Shown one piece after another: positions 22,031-36,000 of a DNA stretch of 64,000 bases; the first letter of the stretch is position 1; each line of letters starts with the position of its first letter. Source of the stretch: Chlorokybus atmophyticus (lineage: Eukaryota; Plantae; Mesostigma and Chlorokybus algae). The position numbers were made by a program, and so were the translations under genes. The notes below the pieces were generated by a model. The model saw nothing but the letters and a program-made list of their open reading frames with translations, ran no database searches and was not told the DNA's origin. The stretch is from the NCBI GenBank assembly GCA_009103225.1, contig RHPI01003041.1:205439-269438 (forward strand). The letters are read 5' to 3'.

Positions 22031-23579
22031 AGTGATGCTCGTGCGTACAGATTGGTGACGTGATACTGGTACCAGAGGACACCAGGAGACGTGTCAACAG
22101 CTGGAACCGTACGAGGAAGGAAGAACGCACGAACAACATCGGTACACCAGGCAATGAGTGATGGGTACTGGTGACGTGATACCCGTGCTAGAGGACAGCA
22201 CGAGACTCAACCAGGTGACACCATACGAGGAAGTAGAAAGGTGAACAGTCACACATGAAGGAGAAGTTCTGCTGCACGTGTGACTGTTGGAGAAATGCGG
22301 ACACAGCAGCAGATGCTCTTTGAGAAGCCGCAGTGCAACCTCCCAAAAAAAATCTTGCGCCCGTCCTCTTCGCACTCGGTGTATTGGGTTGCTGAGGGTA
22401 TATGGCCCACACGCGAACCATCCTCTGGAAGAGGATGGTTGATCCCCCCTCCCCTCACCACAAGATCTTGAGCACGCCGTTTGACAAATGTCTCCTCTTC
22501 ACTTCCCCCCACGCTCCCTTCGCCCTCCCCAAAGGCGGACACCTCCCCAGCTGGCCTTAGGGCTATTTGAAAGGTGCTAGAATGTACACGTAACACCTGG
22601 TGGGTAGGACTGTCCCGCACAACTTCCTAGTCTGTCACTCCCCTTGACAGTGCAAACATGGCAGCTTAAATCGGCCAACACCCACCCAAACTCAGCGCAA
22701 TGGCTGAACGCACTCTAGGTATCCCACCCGATGCAATTCTCACACACTTCCCCAACCTCTGCTTTACACAGCACACCGGTTTGGATGGCAATGTGTCAGT
22801 GATCTTTCGGCTGTGGATCCCCTCTGTTAAAAAACAGTGAAGGCCCAGGTGATGCGCTCAATTACACTGATGGTGCGGTTGTCATTCGGGCTGAAGTCAG
22901 CCTTCTACACGGAGTCAAGCAAGGAGCACAATGCCACGTCAGCCAGTCCACCATAGATATTTTAGCTCAGGCAGAGCGGGCCTCCTCCTCCATCTCTCAT
23001 ACACCTCCACCTCCAAGCCCGACATGGCCATTTGGTACTCCCCCACCCCTCAAGACCGGCAGCCACTACCGGTTTCAAGGGGTGGGGGAGTCTACTCCAA
23101 GAATAGTATGCTTGGGGCAGAGTGCTTGGTCTGGAATGAGTGCACAACAACAACAGCAACAAGACCCCGACATCGCAATGTGGTCCTAGAATATCGGAGG
23201 CCTAAACTCTACTCACACTTCTCAAGGGGCCTCCCGCACCAACATCATCTTCTCTAGAGTACACTCTGTACTTTAACGCCGTTCCGATGTCTTCCTCTTG
23301 TAAGATATCAAACTCAACAACACCTCCTCAGCTGCATGGTGCGCACAACGCTCGTGGCGGGGAGGCTATCTTTGGGCTTCTGCAGATGGCACGAACAGAG
23401 AAGTTGCTATGTTGTACCAGAGAGGTAAAAAGACAACATCAAAGACATACGTATCGCAGCGCCCCATCCCTGCTGCTGGTTGAGCATGTCGTGGAATGGT
23501 GCGGGCATGCGCACGCACAGGAGTATAGGGTTTTGTGTCGTTACACGTTAATATGATGTGTTGTTGATGGTTGTTTCAT

Positions 23580-24530
23580 GCAGGCCCGAGTCCACTCCTC
23601 CCTCTCACCGCCCCTTCCCCCTCTCCCTCCCCGTCTCCCCCTATCGTGCATCGTCTCAGGACCCCGCCCTCCGCGCGGCCCTGGTAGAGAATCGCGCGTG
23701 CGTCGAGGCGCAGCAAACGCATATACAGAGGCTGGAATACACGCTCAGCAGACTGCTGAATAACTGAAGAGAGGTAAGGAGTGGTGTTGTGTAGGTTGTT
23801 GTGTAGGTTGTTGTGAATAATGTGGAGAGTGAGTATGTTGGTGTTGGTGTTGATTTTATTGGTGTTGTCATTGTTGTTGTTGATGCTTATGTAGCAAATT
23901 TTGCGCATGTTAACAACGTTGAGTGGTTGTTGTTGTTGTCATTGTGGTTTTTATCACTCATAAACAACATCCGCTCTTAGGCTTCTCCTACTCTGGGCAT
24001 CGAATTGTCCTCTTCCTCCCCGTTGACCTCCGAAGCTTTCGGTTCATCCTCTTCCCCGTCGCAACCCCATACGCAGCCAGCTTCGGCAAGATTAGCAGCA
24101 GTAACATTATTGGGCGGATTAGAGCCTTCAGCTTAAATAAACAGTCGGCGGGGAGAGCCAAAGCGGCGCCACATTAGGGGGGACATGTGAGAAGGGTTTG
24201 GTGGGTCGCAGTGGGGGCGTGCCTGTGCGTGTTTGCGCGGATGCAAGTGTGCATGCGTTCGTGCACTTATGTATATGCGCGTGTGGGTGGGTGTGCGTGC
24301 GCACGCGCATATTCGCATGCATGTGCATGTCTATTGATGAATGCTGATTGAAGTTAGACACGCACGCGTGTTGTATGTGTATGAGTAGGTTGGTAGTCTT
24401 TACGCACTTAACGCCAATGCCACTCATGTCAATAGCTGTTTTGTTTGCAGTTGGGGGTGTCCATGGGTGAACCAATTGCTGCAAGTGGTGGGTGGAAGAC
24501 GATTAAGCATACACATGGCTCGGATTTGTT
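23580..24530 (+). pseudogene. Partial duplicate (3' exons only) of the CFAP57-like gene
   Basis: RPESTPPSHRPF...LEYTLSRLLNN* mirrors the minus-strand exon at 30007-30230, with TCG->TGA after LNN. Next two exons are also recognisable (23981-24186, ~24450-24530). Confidence 0.8.
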
Positions 24531-25408
24531 TAGTGTAAGAGGTGGTGGTGGCAAGCGCAGCTCTTGAGGGTGGGAGTTAACACTTGGATTCTCCCTTTAA
24601 TGCAAATATGCAATGGTTGATTCAAACCCAATGAGATTAGATTGAAAGATTCACTACCCGCGTTGCTGCACGAATTGATGTGAAAGCGATGTCGTGAAGC
24701 TTCAACTTGTAATGAAAGTTAAACAATACAACATCTTAACGTTTTTGCTGGTGCGTACACCGCGGTGACCCAACCTATAGCCATATATTAAACAAACGCA
24801 AGATTTTTGCTCAGCTTTTACGCGAGTTGAATCGGAAGGCAAATCAATGCATCATTGGAGGAGATTGGAATCAAGTGAAGGCTGATTAATGAAACAAATC
24901 GCATCCCTTTCCGCACCTCTCCCTTTGCAAGCGCATGAAGTGTTGTTGGATCACATGTGCATAGAGTCAATGCACATATGATTCAACAAAACTTCATGCG
25001 CTTAACTAATCACCTTGCAATATACAAGAGATCTCTCTCTTATGCTTTCGCCATCTTTGACGGTGAGCAAGGCCCGAGATTGTGTAGAAGTTGTATGCTG
25101 CGCTCTTGTAAGACATCCTGTTTTGCTATAATGCGGCAAAGCTTTATCTCTTCACCTAGGGACTGCCTAGTCACACTGATAGTTTTACCATGAATTTGGT
25201 CCCATGATTCAAGGAAGGCCTTGATTGCATGGCCCCGCTTGCGCAACAGCATGACAACAGGCGTGGGGAGGCACACTTTTGAAAGGATATATGCTTCGCA
25301 CCCTTTTTTCATCTTAAAGTTGGTAGTGGGACTGTGGTGGGGCTCCACCTTTACCTTGCCGAGGAGCTGATATGTTTGGGAAGGAAGGTGCATAGGGCGC
25401 GAGGGGGG

Positions 25409-25938
25409 NNNNNNNNNNNNNNNNNNNNNNNNNNNNNNNNNNNNNNNNNNNNNNNNNNNNNNNNNNNNNNNNNNNNNNNNNNNNNNNNNNNNNNNNNNNN
25501 NNNNNNNNNNNNNNNNNNNNNNNNNNNNNNNNNNNNNNNNNNNNNNNNNNNNNNNNNNNNNNNNNNNNNNNNNNNNNNNNNNNNNNNNNNNNNNNNNNNN
25601 NNNNNNNNNNNNNNNNNNNNNNNNNNNNNNNNNNNNNNNNNNNNNNNNNNNNNNNNNNNNNNNNNNNNNNNNNNNNNNNNNNNNNNNNNNNNNNNNNNNN
25701 NNNNNNNNNNNNNNNNNNNNNNNNNNNNNNNNNNNNNNNNNNNNNNNNNNNNNNNNNNNNNNNNNNNNNNNNNNNNNNNNNNNNNNNNNNNNNNNNNNNN
25801 NNNNNNNNNNNNNNNNNNNNNNNNNNNNNNNNNNNNNNNNNNNNNNNNNNNNNNNNNNNNNNNNNNNNNNNNNNNNNNNNNNNNNNNNNNNNNNNNNNNN
25901 NNNNNNNNNNNNNNNNNNNNNNNNNNNNNNNNNNNNNN
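25409..25938. other. Assembly gap (N run) flanked by G runs
   Basis: 530 Ns. Confidence 1.
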
Positions 25939-28891
25939 GGGGGGGGGGGGGGGGGGGGGGATATTAAAGGAGATGGGGGAAGGGATCCGGGATAACCACT
26001 ACTAGGGTGCGTCTAACTGGCCGGATTAGTCTTCTGCCCATGGTGTGGCTAGCGGCTAAAAATGTAGGAGCAACCATTGTAGTGGTTACAAGGCACGATC
26101 GTAGCCTCATGCAAGTTGAGCATGCTTGCCCAAGACAGGCGCGCTAGGCCTTCTGTGCTTTCATCACACAGCATAAGCACCCAGCTTTACCCCCTCTTTG
26201 CCGCCAGCGCCTCCGTCGTCGTGGTGATGTTGCAACTGCAGCGGTCGAATTAAACTTGAAAGGAATGCTGCAGCATTGATCAGATTGGCCGCTGCGCCGT
26301 CCTTGCTGCAAGCAAGGATGGTGTATTGGGAGTAAAGGTGGTTGCAGAGGATGTGACGATTGATTCCCCGCTCCCCTACCATCGCCTCCGCCAATAACCT
26401 TGCCAAGGCCGCCGCCACAGCCGCCAGTCGATCGTGACCGGACTGCATATCGCACCTTGCTACCCTTCAACGTAGCACATTTAATGGTAAGGCCCAAGGC
26501 CTTCATTACGCATATTGTGTCAACCAACCCAGATAGAAGCAATCTTGTCTCTTGCCTTGAGATCTTCAACATAGCAGCTTCATATGACTATGTAGCGTTG
26601 ATGGCATTGGATCAATGATGTGTACGGACCAGGTTATACCTAAACTTTGAGCAGCATGGTGCTAGCTCACACATGCCATGATGTACTTCATCATACTCAA
26701 CGCCTCATGGGTTAAAAGTAGACCACACGAGCATATAAGCACTACACATGCTTTGGAAGCGAAAACCCCACTTGTTATATTTTAGCATATAGTGAAAAAC
26801 ATGAAATGATTTTGAGTAGCCTTATAAGCGTGACATATATGTGTAGTTAGCTATACCTTTGGCACTGCCAACGGCGGTAACATTGTCATTAAAGAATGCA
26901 ACAACAAATACAACTGTACACGCATTGCATAGCGAGCCAGCTACGCTCGCTACACTGTGCATGTACAGCGAGCCAGCTGCACCTTGCCACATGCTAGGCC
27001 ACACCTACTGCGCTACGCTACTCGTATAACAGCCCTTGTGTGTGTCTATTACAAGACGGGCGTCATGCAGATTGGCCGTGAGTTTAATAGCACGTGTGGA
27101 ATGCTTCAGCTGCCCTATCCCGAGCCCGTGTTTGGTGCTGCAGGTGCCGAGAGCAAAGCGTACGTGTATCGACGCAAGTTGACCAAAAGCCTCATAAGCG
27201 CAAACGAGGCCTATGTGTTATTAGGTATTATGCTTGTGAACTAACATGCAATGATAAAAAAGGGAGGGTCTCACAAACTACTATGTGCAGCTAAGAGACA
27301 AGCAGCAAGTTAACCATTGCTAGACTTGTAGATACCTCAACTAATGGTCAAGCTGCACATGAAACAAAAGCAATTGGGCACAGTCGCACCTTGCATTGCA
27401 AGCTGTAGATAGGGAGGCGACGTTAGGCTGAACCTGTGGGCTGTACATGACTGCAGCGTAGGCAAACAGCTGCAGCATGTCAGCTCAGCAGCAACCAAAG
27501 CAATATCAACAATATTGTCAACACCTATGAACAACAACAAGGCGATGCCAACAAGAATATGTAAACCTATAGGAAAAACATGACAACAAGCTTCAGTACA
27601 AGTACAAGCACAAGCACTGGCAATACCTGCTGATTCTGCATTGGAAACCACAAGTTGCTCGATATGTGTTTTCAGGCGTGCAGGTTTAGGCGAGCAATTG
27701 TGCGCAGCGTTTAGCCGCCTGAGCGAGAACCAGGGTGAATGTCTCTTGAACACCTGCGCAATGAGATGTTATTAAATGTTAACAAGGCGTGTGCATGTCA
27801 AATGCATTGCTACCCACCAGGCACCAGGTAACCTGTGAGACATCCGCAGCAATCACCACGACAAGCACAAGATAAAAGCATGCGTAAGGCAGTACAAGCA
27901 GCATCAATTGCGCAGTGTCGCACTTGAGTACGAGACAAATACAATGCGCAAGTCCACACGCACCTGTGAGGGAGAGCTCCGCCTTCTTGGCAGGCGGTAA
28001 CTGGCCAACTAATGATATGTCATATGTAGCAAGAGCTGCAATGCAGTCAAAGCTAGCTAGTGTTGACTTCACTGAACCAACTCACAACTTGCTTCACTCA
28101 CACCATGAATAAACAAGTATCAGTAGCAACAAGATTAACGGCACCGCATGAACAACGGCAATAGCGACAAGCAACATGTGGATATGTCAACGGCAACACC
28201 AACAACACTGAACGCAGCTGCAGCAAGAAAAACAAGCTCAGTTGCAACTTGACTTGAATAGACAGTAGCAATAATAAACGCAAATAAAAGCAGCTGTAAC
28301 AAGCACAATCGCGAAGGAGACAGGTGATGCGTCCGAGGCAGCTAACGTGCGAGGGAAGCTTCAAGCTCAGTTAGGACCTAGCACTTAAGCAGGCTTAAAT
28401 GACGCTCCATAGTTGCGTAGAAGGCGGTTTCCATAGGTGACGCCTACAGCCAATCATTGCATTGCTTACGTCACAAGAGCCTACCTAAGCTGGCTGGCGT
28501 GAACAATTTCGAGCCCAGCTTAGCAGTAGCCGTTATGCTTGTTGAATTCTTCAGCTTACGACTCGTGCAACTTTACTGGCGAGCACCCGAGCTCTACAGC
28601 TATAGCTAGCACAACCGAACTCTTTATGAAATTCCGCTGCGGAGGAGGGGTGATGCGTTATGTATGCAAAATAGGTGCAGCGCCCGGGAAAGTAAAAACA
28701 AGGGGGACCCAGGAATCGAGTTGTACTGTAAGGCAACACCATGGCAGGGCTGAGGTGCAGTCGCTGCATGTGTTTGTGGCCAACCTGGTCCTAGCTGCGG
28801 CCGCTAATCTGCTTGCAACTCCGGCAGGATAGGATGTGAAATATCATAGCTGCGCGTGCGTGCTTGTGTGTGTGGTCACCTTGCACGTTGT

Positions 28892-28893
<2 letters not shown>

Positions 28894-28982
<89 letters not shown>

Positions 28983-28983
28983 N

Positions 28984-29067
<84 letters not shown>
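28894..29067. repeat. (GA)n microsatellite
   Basis: Long AG dinucleotide run with one N. Confidence 0.98.
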
Positions 29068-29068
<1 letters not shown>

Positions 29069-29299
29069 ATCATGGCATGACAACTATTGGTACACATAGA
29101 CCCTGTGACCTGCAACATACCGCGTGCTTTTCTCCCCAACATGCAAGCGAGTCATTTCAATTCTACGATGAAATTGTGATACAAGTTGATACTATGAAAG
29201 CGCTTTCACATCAGTTCGTGCAGCAACAAGGTTAGATCTTGAATCCGATCTGATTAAAACTTACATCAACCATCACAGTTTGTGCATCAAGGGTAATAC

Positions 29300-32200
29300 G
29301 AAAATCAACTCCCATCCTCGAGAGCCGCGCTTGGCCATCATTACCTCCCTTATACTGCATGGATCCGTCCCTTGCGCGTCTTCAACCGTCTTCCACCCAT
29401 CGCTTGCCGCTAGCGGTTCACCCATTGACACCCCAGGCTGATTAGGAAACCAACATTCATGGATATGATGCCAACACTTGCATAAATACTAACCAAGACA
29501 CGCATACAACACGTGCATGGGTGCGTGCGTGCGTGCGTGCGTGTCCCTCCCTAGTCCTAACCAGCGTGCACACACAGACACATACACATAGAACACCACG
29601 CATGCGCACACACACACCCGCACCCACTCACCCCCACCTGTGCCCCCCAATGCGGCGCCTTTGCCCTCCCCGCCGCCCGTGTCTTCGCGCTGATGGCTCG
29701 TATTCGCCCGCTGCTACTACTGCTACTACTGGTCCTCCTGCCGAAGCTGGCCTGGGTGCGGGGACGAGGAGGGAGAGAGGAGGAAGTGGAGGGTTCTGAT
29801 TGCAACGGGGAGGAAGAGGACAACTCGATGCCGAGAGTAGGTGAAGCCTAGGAGGTTGTGTCAGTGAGCTGAAAAGAAAAGAATAATAACACAGCAACAT
29901 TCTCTACCATTCCCAACAACCACAGCACACGTACACCCGCACACATGCACCCGCACGCGCGCGCACGCACGCACGCACATACATGCAAACAACAAGCTAC
30001 ACAACATCAACACCCACTCCTCACCCCTGTCGAGTTGTTCAGTAGTCTGCTCAGCGTGTATTCCAGCCGTTCTATGTGCGCCTGCTGCGCCTCGACGCGC
30101 GCGCGGTTCTCTGCCAGGGCGGCGCGGAGGGCTGCGGGGTCGGAGGACGATGATGATGATGCGCCGTGGGGGGAGACGGGGAGGGAGGGGGGGAAGGGGC
30201 GGTGGCAGGGAGGAGTGGACTCGGGCCTGGACAACATCAACAATACAATGTCAACTTATGTAATGACACATGATCAACTTTCGACCGCATCGCATGAGAA
30301 GATGGTGCATGTGCGCGCGTGCACACACGCATACGCATACGCATGCGTTACCTCATGGGCAGTGGTGAGGGTGTGCGCGAGAGCCCTGTCACGCTCATGC
30401 TTCGCCGTGAGTGCTGTTGTTGTAGTTGGTCTTCATGTGCCTGATCGGGTGAGGGAGCGATTGGTGGCTCGGGTGACGGACTCCTGGATCGTCTCGGAGG
30501 CGAGGTTGGCGGGGATGTGGAAGAAGCATTGCGTGCCAAAGATGCCCTGTGGTGTGTAGCGCGTGTGGGTGAATACGCAACACACTCAAGCGTGCAGGCA
30601 TGGGAACAACAAGGCATACACTTGCAGTCAGCACCAAACATGCGTGCTGAGAGCCACAAAAACTCAGAGATACACACGCACTCACGTATACAACTCAAAC
30701 GCACGCACACACACGCACACGCACACGCACACGCACACGCACACGCACACGCACACGCACACGCACGCACCCACCCACCCACCCACATTCCCCTACCTAT
30801 TCCTCTCCCTGAGCAGTTCCGACTGCAGCTCCGTCATGGCCTCCCACATCTCCTTATTCTGCTTCTTCATCTGGTGTATCTCCCCCGGCAGCTCTGCGTT
30901 CTCCCTGTACATCCTCACCTTGTCCTTCCTGTTAATCCCTTCACTCGCCCCCTTACTCTTCCTCAACAGCACGACAAATCTCTCCAAGGCGAGGCGCTGT
31001 GACTGGAACTCGGCCACAGCGTTGGGGTGGGGAGAGTTGAGTTGGTGTTGGGAGGAGGAGGAGCGGGGGTGAGAGGAGCGGGAGTCGGAAGCGATGTAGG
31101 TGCGGTGGAGTCAACGTAGGGAAGAAGACCACTCAGAGGGGTCCTGCGAGGAGGAGAGTGGGTGGGTGGGTGGGTGGGTGCGAACTGACCAGACCCAACT
31201 GACCCCGCGCGTGTGTGTGCGTGTGCGTGTGCGTGTGCGTGTGCGTGTGCGTGTGTGTGCGCGCATGCATACATGCGTGCATGCGTGCGCGTGGTGTCCT
31301 GTGTGCATCTGGGTGGATGCACGCATGCACAACCACACACCCTCTCTCCCTCCCTCCCCCCTCTCACCTGTTCCCTCACGATCGTCCCTATCTCCCCCAG
31401 CACCAGCTCCAGCCTCCTCTGCCTCTCGCTCACCCTTGTCCTCAGCCGCCCGATCTCCGCGCCGGCCACGCGCGCCGTCAGGTGATTGATCGACTTGGTC
31501 TGACGGGACTGGGCGTCGATCGCGTCGGTGAGGTTGTTCTCAAGCTCCTGGGAGATGAGTAGTTGGTGTTATTGATATGTGTACTGTTGTTGCATCATTG
31601 TATCAGGGTATCAGTGCACTGCATTAGGGTATTGTTGTATTGTATCGTTGATTGTATCAGTGCAATCTTGTATCGGAGTATAATACTAGTTGTACTGTAC
31701 TACGATCAGTACTATTATGCTAGTTGTAGTATACTCATACCAGGACTATTACAAGCTAAGTGGCTGATTGTTCAATCCTCAATCCCCTACCTTCACCCTC
31801 GTCCTCTGTTTTTCCAAAGCCTCCACCACCGGCGCCTGTCCCCCCTTCAGTTTCAGAATCTGCTGTTCGCGCAGCGCTTTGAATGTCTCAAAGTCGCGGA
31901 TCTGGCGGACGAGCCACGCGATGCGGTCGTCATGGGATCTGAGGAGGAGGTCGCGCTGGAGGACGCGGTCGGATTCGACCTGCGGAGGGGGGGAGGGAGG
32001 GAGGGGGAAGGGGTTGGTTTGGTTTTGGGTGGTTTTGTGTGTGTTTGCGAAGAGACACACACAGCCGCACAACACACATGTGTTGTGGGTTGGGTGTGGT
32101 TCAAACAACACTCCCACCTCACAACACATGTGTGTTGTGAGGTGGTATGTGGGTGTCATTGCCACATACACACATGTCAGTCTGTGTGTGTGTGTGTGTG

Positions 32201-33070
32201 TGTGTGTATGTCACAGTGATATGTGCATGCGACACACGCACATGACAGAACAGAAGTCCTTCCTGTCCTTCCTCGTTCTTTCTATCTCATCCTTCCCAGA
32301 CACCAACAGCACAAACCCACCCCTCCTCCCCCCTCACCTGCAGCGCTTTGCTCAACTCCGCCACCCTCCCCTCCGGTCCCCTCCGTTCCGCCTCGTCCTC
32401 CCTCTCCTTGCGCGCCGCGTCCTTCAGCCGGGCCTCCAGCTTCGACGCGGTCGTGCGCCAGTACAGGAAACCGGAACGGGCGGCTTCGGCGCCGCCGGAG
32501 GCGCGAGCAACCTGTTGGTACGGATGTTGTAACACATGTTTGACACAGGGATGCGTTGGGAGCATGTATCCCTGTATGCAGCGTTTGTGTGTGTGTGTGT
32601 GTGTGTGTGACATGTAGTCTGAGAGAATGCATCCCTGCCTGCGAGCTCACTGTGCTTAGAAGAAGACTGTGGTGGCACGCGCATGAGCACACAACAACAC
32701 ACGCGCGCGTATGTATGTGCGTGTTCGCGCGCGCGCGCGCGCACACACACAGTGTACACAACCACAGAGTTCATTCCTTCCCACCTCCGCTTTCGCGTAC
32801 ATGGTGACTCTCAGCATCTCCTCCTCATGCAGTTCGTTCTCCACCCTGGCTCCCACGTCGTAACCGTGTTCCATCTCCTCCATCTCCTTGACCAGTTCCC
32901 TCATCCTCTCCTGGTGCGCGGCCTCGAGGGCCTCGCGCTCAAGACGGTACTCCTCAACCAGGTCCTCCATGCGAGCGAGGTGGTCCGCGCGCTCCTGGTC
33001 GAGCTGCTCGCGGAGGAAGGCGAGCTCAGAGGCGAAAGAGTCCGTGCGTGTCGAGCTCTTTGGCGTGACG
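29300..33070 (-). CDS. CFAP57/WDR65 (FAP57)-like coiled-coil protein, apparently without the WD40 region
   Basis: Spliced exons include RVLQRDLLLRSHDDRIAWLVRQIRDFETFKALREQQILKLKGGQAP...ELE and AEFQSQRLALERFVVLLRK...G...RKDKVRMYRENAELPGEI. These match the CFAP57 C-terminal RD...RI..L...E.FK...I..LK...P and QR..LER...L.K...R.D.VR...EN..L..EI patterns. Start and last exon are approximate. Confidence 0.65.
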
Positions 33071-36000
33071 AGAACGCGCGAGACGAGAATGCATCATCAT
33101 ATATTGCCAAACTATTGCCCACACCTATTTCAGGCCAACGCTCGCCTCGCCAAATATATGATAATGCATTCTCATCATGCACACCGTGCACCCTAGTGAT
33201 TCACGTGCGCTTGCTATTTCAGATCACAATAACAACGAGAGAAGTTTTTGATGTATTGATGGTTGTCAACGAATAATATAACATCATAACACATATCATT
33301 ATAAATTGGAGATTGATGTAGTAAACTTCAAGCTTGAAGCTTGATAAGATAAATCATTGTTTATAATGTACAATCGTGTTTAAAATTGTGAACAAGTTAT
33401 AGCATTGCCTTATAATTAATATGGATCTAAATAACCTGCATTATGGTGCGACCATTTTATTATGGTGTAAAAGTTTGATTTGCAATCCGGATGCACATGT
33501 GTATACACGTAATGATGATTGCAATAGTGAATATGCAAAATGTGATATGGCATGAATGATGCTGTAACGTATTATAACATTATGACTTTTACGAGCAATA
33601 CACTTGCTGCAATAATCGTACAATCCGTTAAACGTGTTATTATATGTTACGTAACAGGTATACTTGCTTATGATAGTATCTTGTTCAAACACATAAGGCA
33701 TTCATTCTTCAATTATTGTTTGTATTGCCCATAATACATATTATGTGTACTTTAAACAAGTGAGGTGTATGCATAATTAATGTCTATATGTACAAATATT
33801 GAATAATGTATACATGCTCAACACGTTACAACTCTTGATACTAAAGAGGACATATGGTGGTGTGATACTACATGCACAAAGTTGCACACAAGTGTAACAT
33901 TGTGATTAGCATCCATTATAATTGACATTTTGTATCGCATGAAAGCTCATACCCAATTGCTAAGGCGCGCGCCGCGTATGACATGGGGACGCTGCAATGT
34001 ATGCTTATACTTATGTCGTGGCCGGTGTTATGCCGGCGCTTATGCTGTTTAAGCTGCAAGAGTGATTGCAAAACATAAAATGGATAGAATTGAACTACAT
34101 GAGTTTGAGTGGTCCCAACCGACAGATCGCCAGTCAATGCTAAGTTTTAGTGCCAAGAGCTAATGCAAACCAATAATAAGTTGTGATGCCTAAATGCTGA
34201 TGCATGTAAGAGGTATTGTATTCACCCGGATATAAGGCTCCCAGTACAAGCCCCCTTAGCAGAAAAGGGTGGGGGCCTTGTACAAATACTTTCAAGCCCC
34301 CCACATGACTCAACGAGCCCATCGCGCCTCGTCAGTTATGCTTACTCGCGTAGATTGCACTATGATACAAGATTCGTGTGCGTCCCGTGCTGGGTGGACA
34401 CTTGCAAACACTTGATACAGACAATAGCGTAACGGGCGCCGATTAGAGACCCTCCCAGTGCAATACAGGCCCCCCCTATCACAAGCCCCCTTCATCTGAA
34501 TGGGTGGGGGCGTATGCAAAAAGGAGGGGCTTCTATGCGGGTAAATACGGTCAGTCAAATCCGAAAGCGACAAACTATACAATCATTGCGCGCTAAACAA
34601 ACACCGTCCTGCTGCTCAACAAGGGAAAGAGTCACACCTAATCCAGTATTTAGTCAAATTATTTCCTTCTTTGCGCGGGCTGCAGGGTGTTTAATGGTTA
34701 CACACTTACATATACACAAGGTGAATGTTGTTGGCTGTTGAAGTATCTAGCAGATGAAGTTGTCGGATACCTTTATGGACGTGTCGCGCACAACGTTGTA
34801 CCCGCCCTCGCCATCATACGACACGTCATCGTTGGCAACCGTGTCAGACGTGTAGTTGTAGCAATAGCTTCCCTCAAACAGAATGTTGTTCTCATTGTCC
34901 TCGCTCTCAAGTATTGTTGTCGGGTAGAGATACGAGTCTGCCGTATATTTGTCGAACGTGTCCGTGTGGGAGAGAGTTGTAGATGTAAATGTTGTGAGGG
35001 ATGGGTCCTCCTTGGAGGGTGTCAATGTCTTCTTGATGTCGACGGTGTATGCGTCCATATAGTTGTAAGTGCATGAGTAGTGGTGGCAACTTGTATAGCG
35101 GTCGTTCACGTACGTGTGCACCGCCTCGTCCGTCTCAACGGGGTGCTGGCCGCGTATGAACCGCTTCTGTATGGCTCTGGACTCCACAAACTGCAGTGCA
35201 ATGATGATGATGTCCTTGCGTGCGTGTGCATGTGTGTATCTGCACACGCGCACGCATGCATGTGCGAGTTCACACGTGTACTCTTACAACGCATATGCAC
35301 AAACACGACACACACATACACACACATACACACATATATGCATACACACGCAGTGCCCTACAGCTTGCTTACCAGGCGGTTCTTGTCAAACTCGAAGAGA
35401 AGCCCTTGGTAGTTAAATACATGTGCGATTGCCAGCTGACTGTGGGAGTAGTCCCATCTCTGGGATCCAACCTGAAACACAACACACAGTGTGACACACA
35501 TGGACACGCGCCCACCCACCCACCCACCCACCCACACACCCAAACTCACTTGCACGTAACCGCGGGTCAAAACTTCAGTCCAAGCTTCGGCATAAGTAGG
35601 ATCATAATATTGGGGTCCCCCGCCACCGTGCAAGAGGTACTCGTCGGGTGCGGGTTGATCCCCGAGGCTCTTATCAAACAAGGGCGTATGGCGTGCGAGC
35701 GTGAGACGGCCCAAAGTGCGTGTCACGTTCGCGAGCCACACGAGCAAGTTGGCACCCACCAACACTTTTGTGGTCTCGGGGCTGCGAAAAGAGAAGTTGT
35801 GGGGTTTTCGCTCGGCCAACACGCCCACAAATGGGCTTGCCAGCACCGTGAATGCGGGTATCACAGCGGAGTGCGTGAACTCCACATTGGGCGCGTACAC
35901 GTGCCCAACAGCGTCGTTATTGATGAACACCTGTACGCGTACATGTACAAAACAGGTTCACATCTGCTTGAGCCATGCATACAGCGTGGCTCATCGAGCA

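Larger units (their letters stand above)
16789..24530 (+). repeat. Left arm of an inverted segmental duplication (PNGase-like gene + 3' part of CFAP57-like gene)
   Basis: 16789-20000 matches the reverse complement of ~34700-37971, and 23580-24530 matches the reverse complement of ~29360-30240, exons and introns included. The middle (~20-23.5 kb) is unrelated sequence. Confidence 0.85.

Noticed and set aside
20400-23300. Complete LTR or LINE retrotransposon
   Set aside because: Only a weak gag-like relic and a ~115-bp internal duplication (22054 and 22169) are visible; no LTR pair, RT, integrase or poly-A tail was found.
25334-26005. 223-aa ORF
   Set aside because: Artefact of the N gap.
24950-28800. 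Genes in the centre of the inverted duplication (e.g. ORFs 25040-25393, 26144-26572, 27337-27753)
   Set aside because: Short frames with stops, no recognisable domain and no consistent exon chain that I could build.
28844-29235. ORFs encoding poly-(SL), (ER) or (RE)
   Set aside because: Translations of the (GA)n microsatellite.
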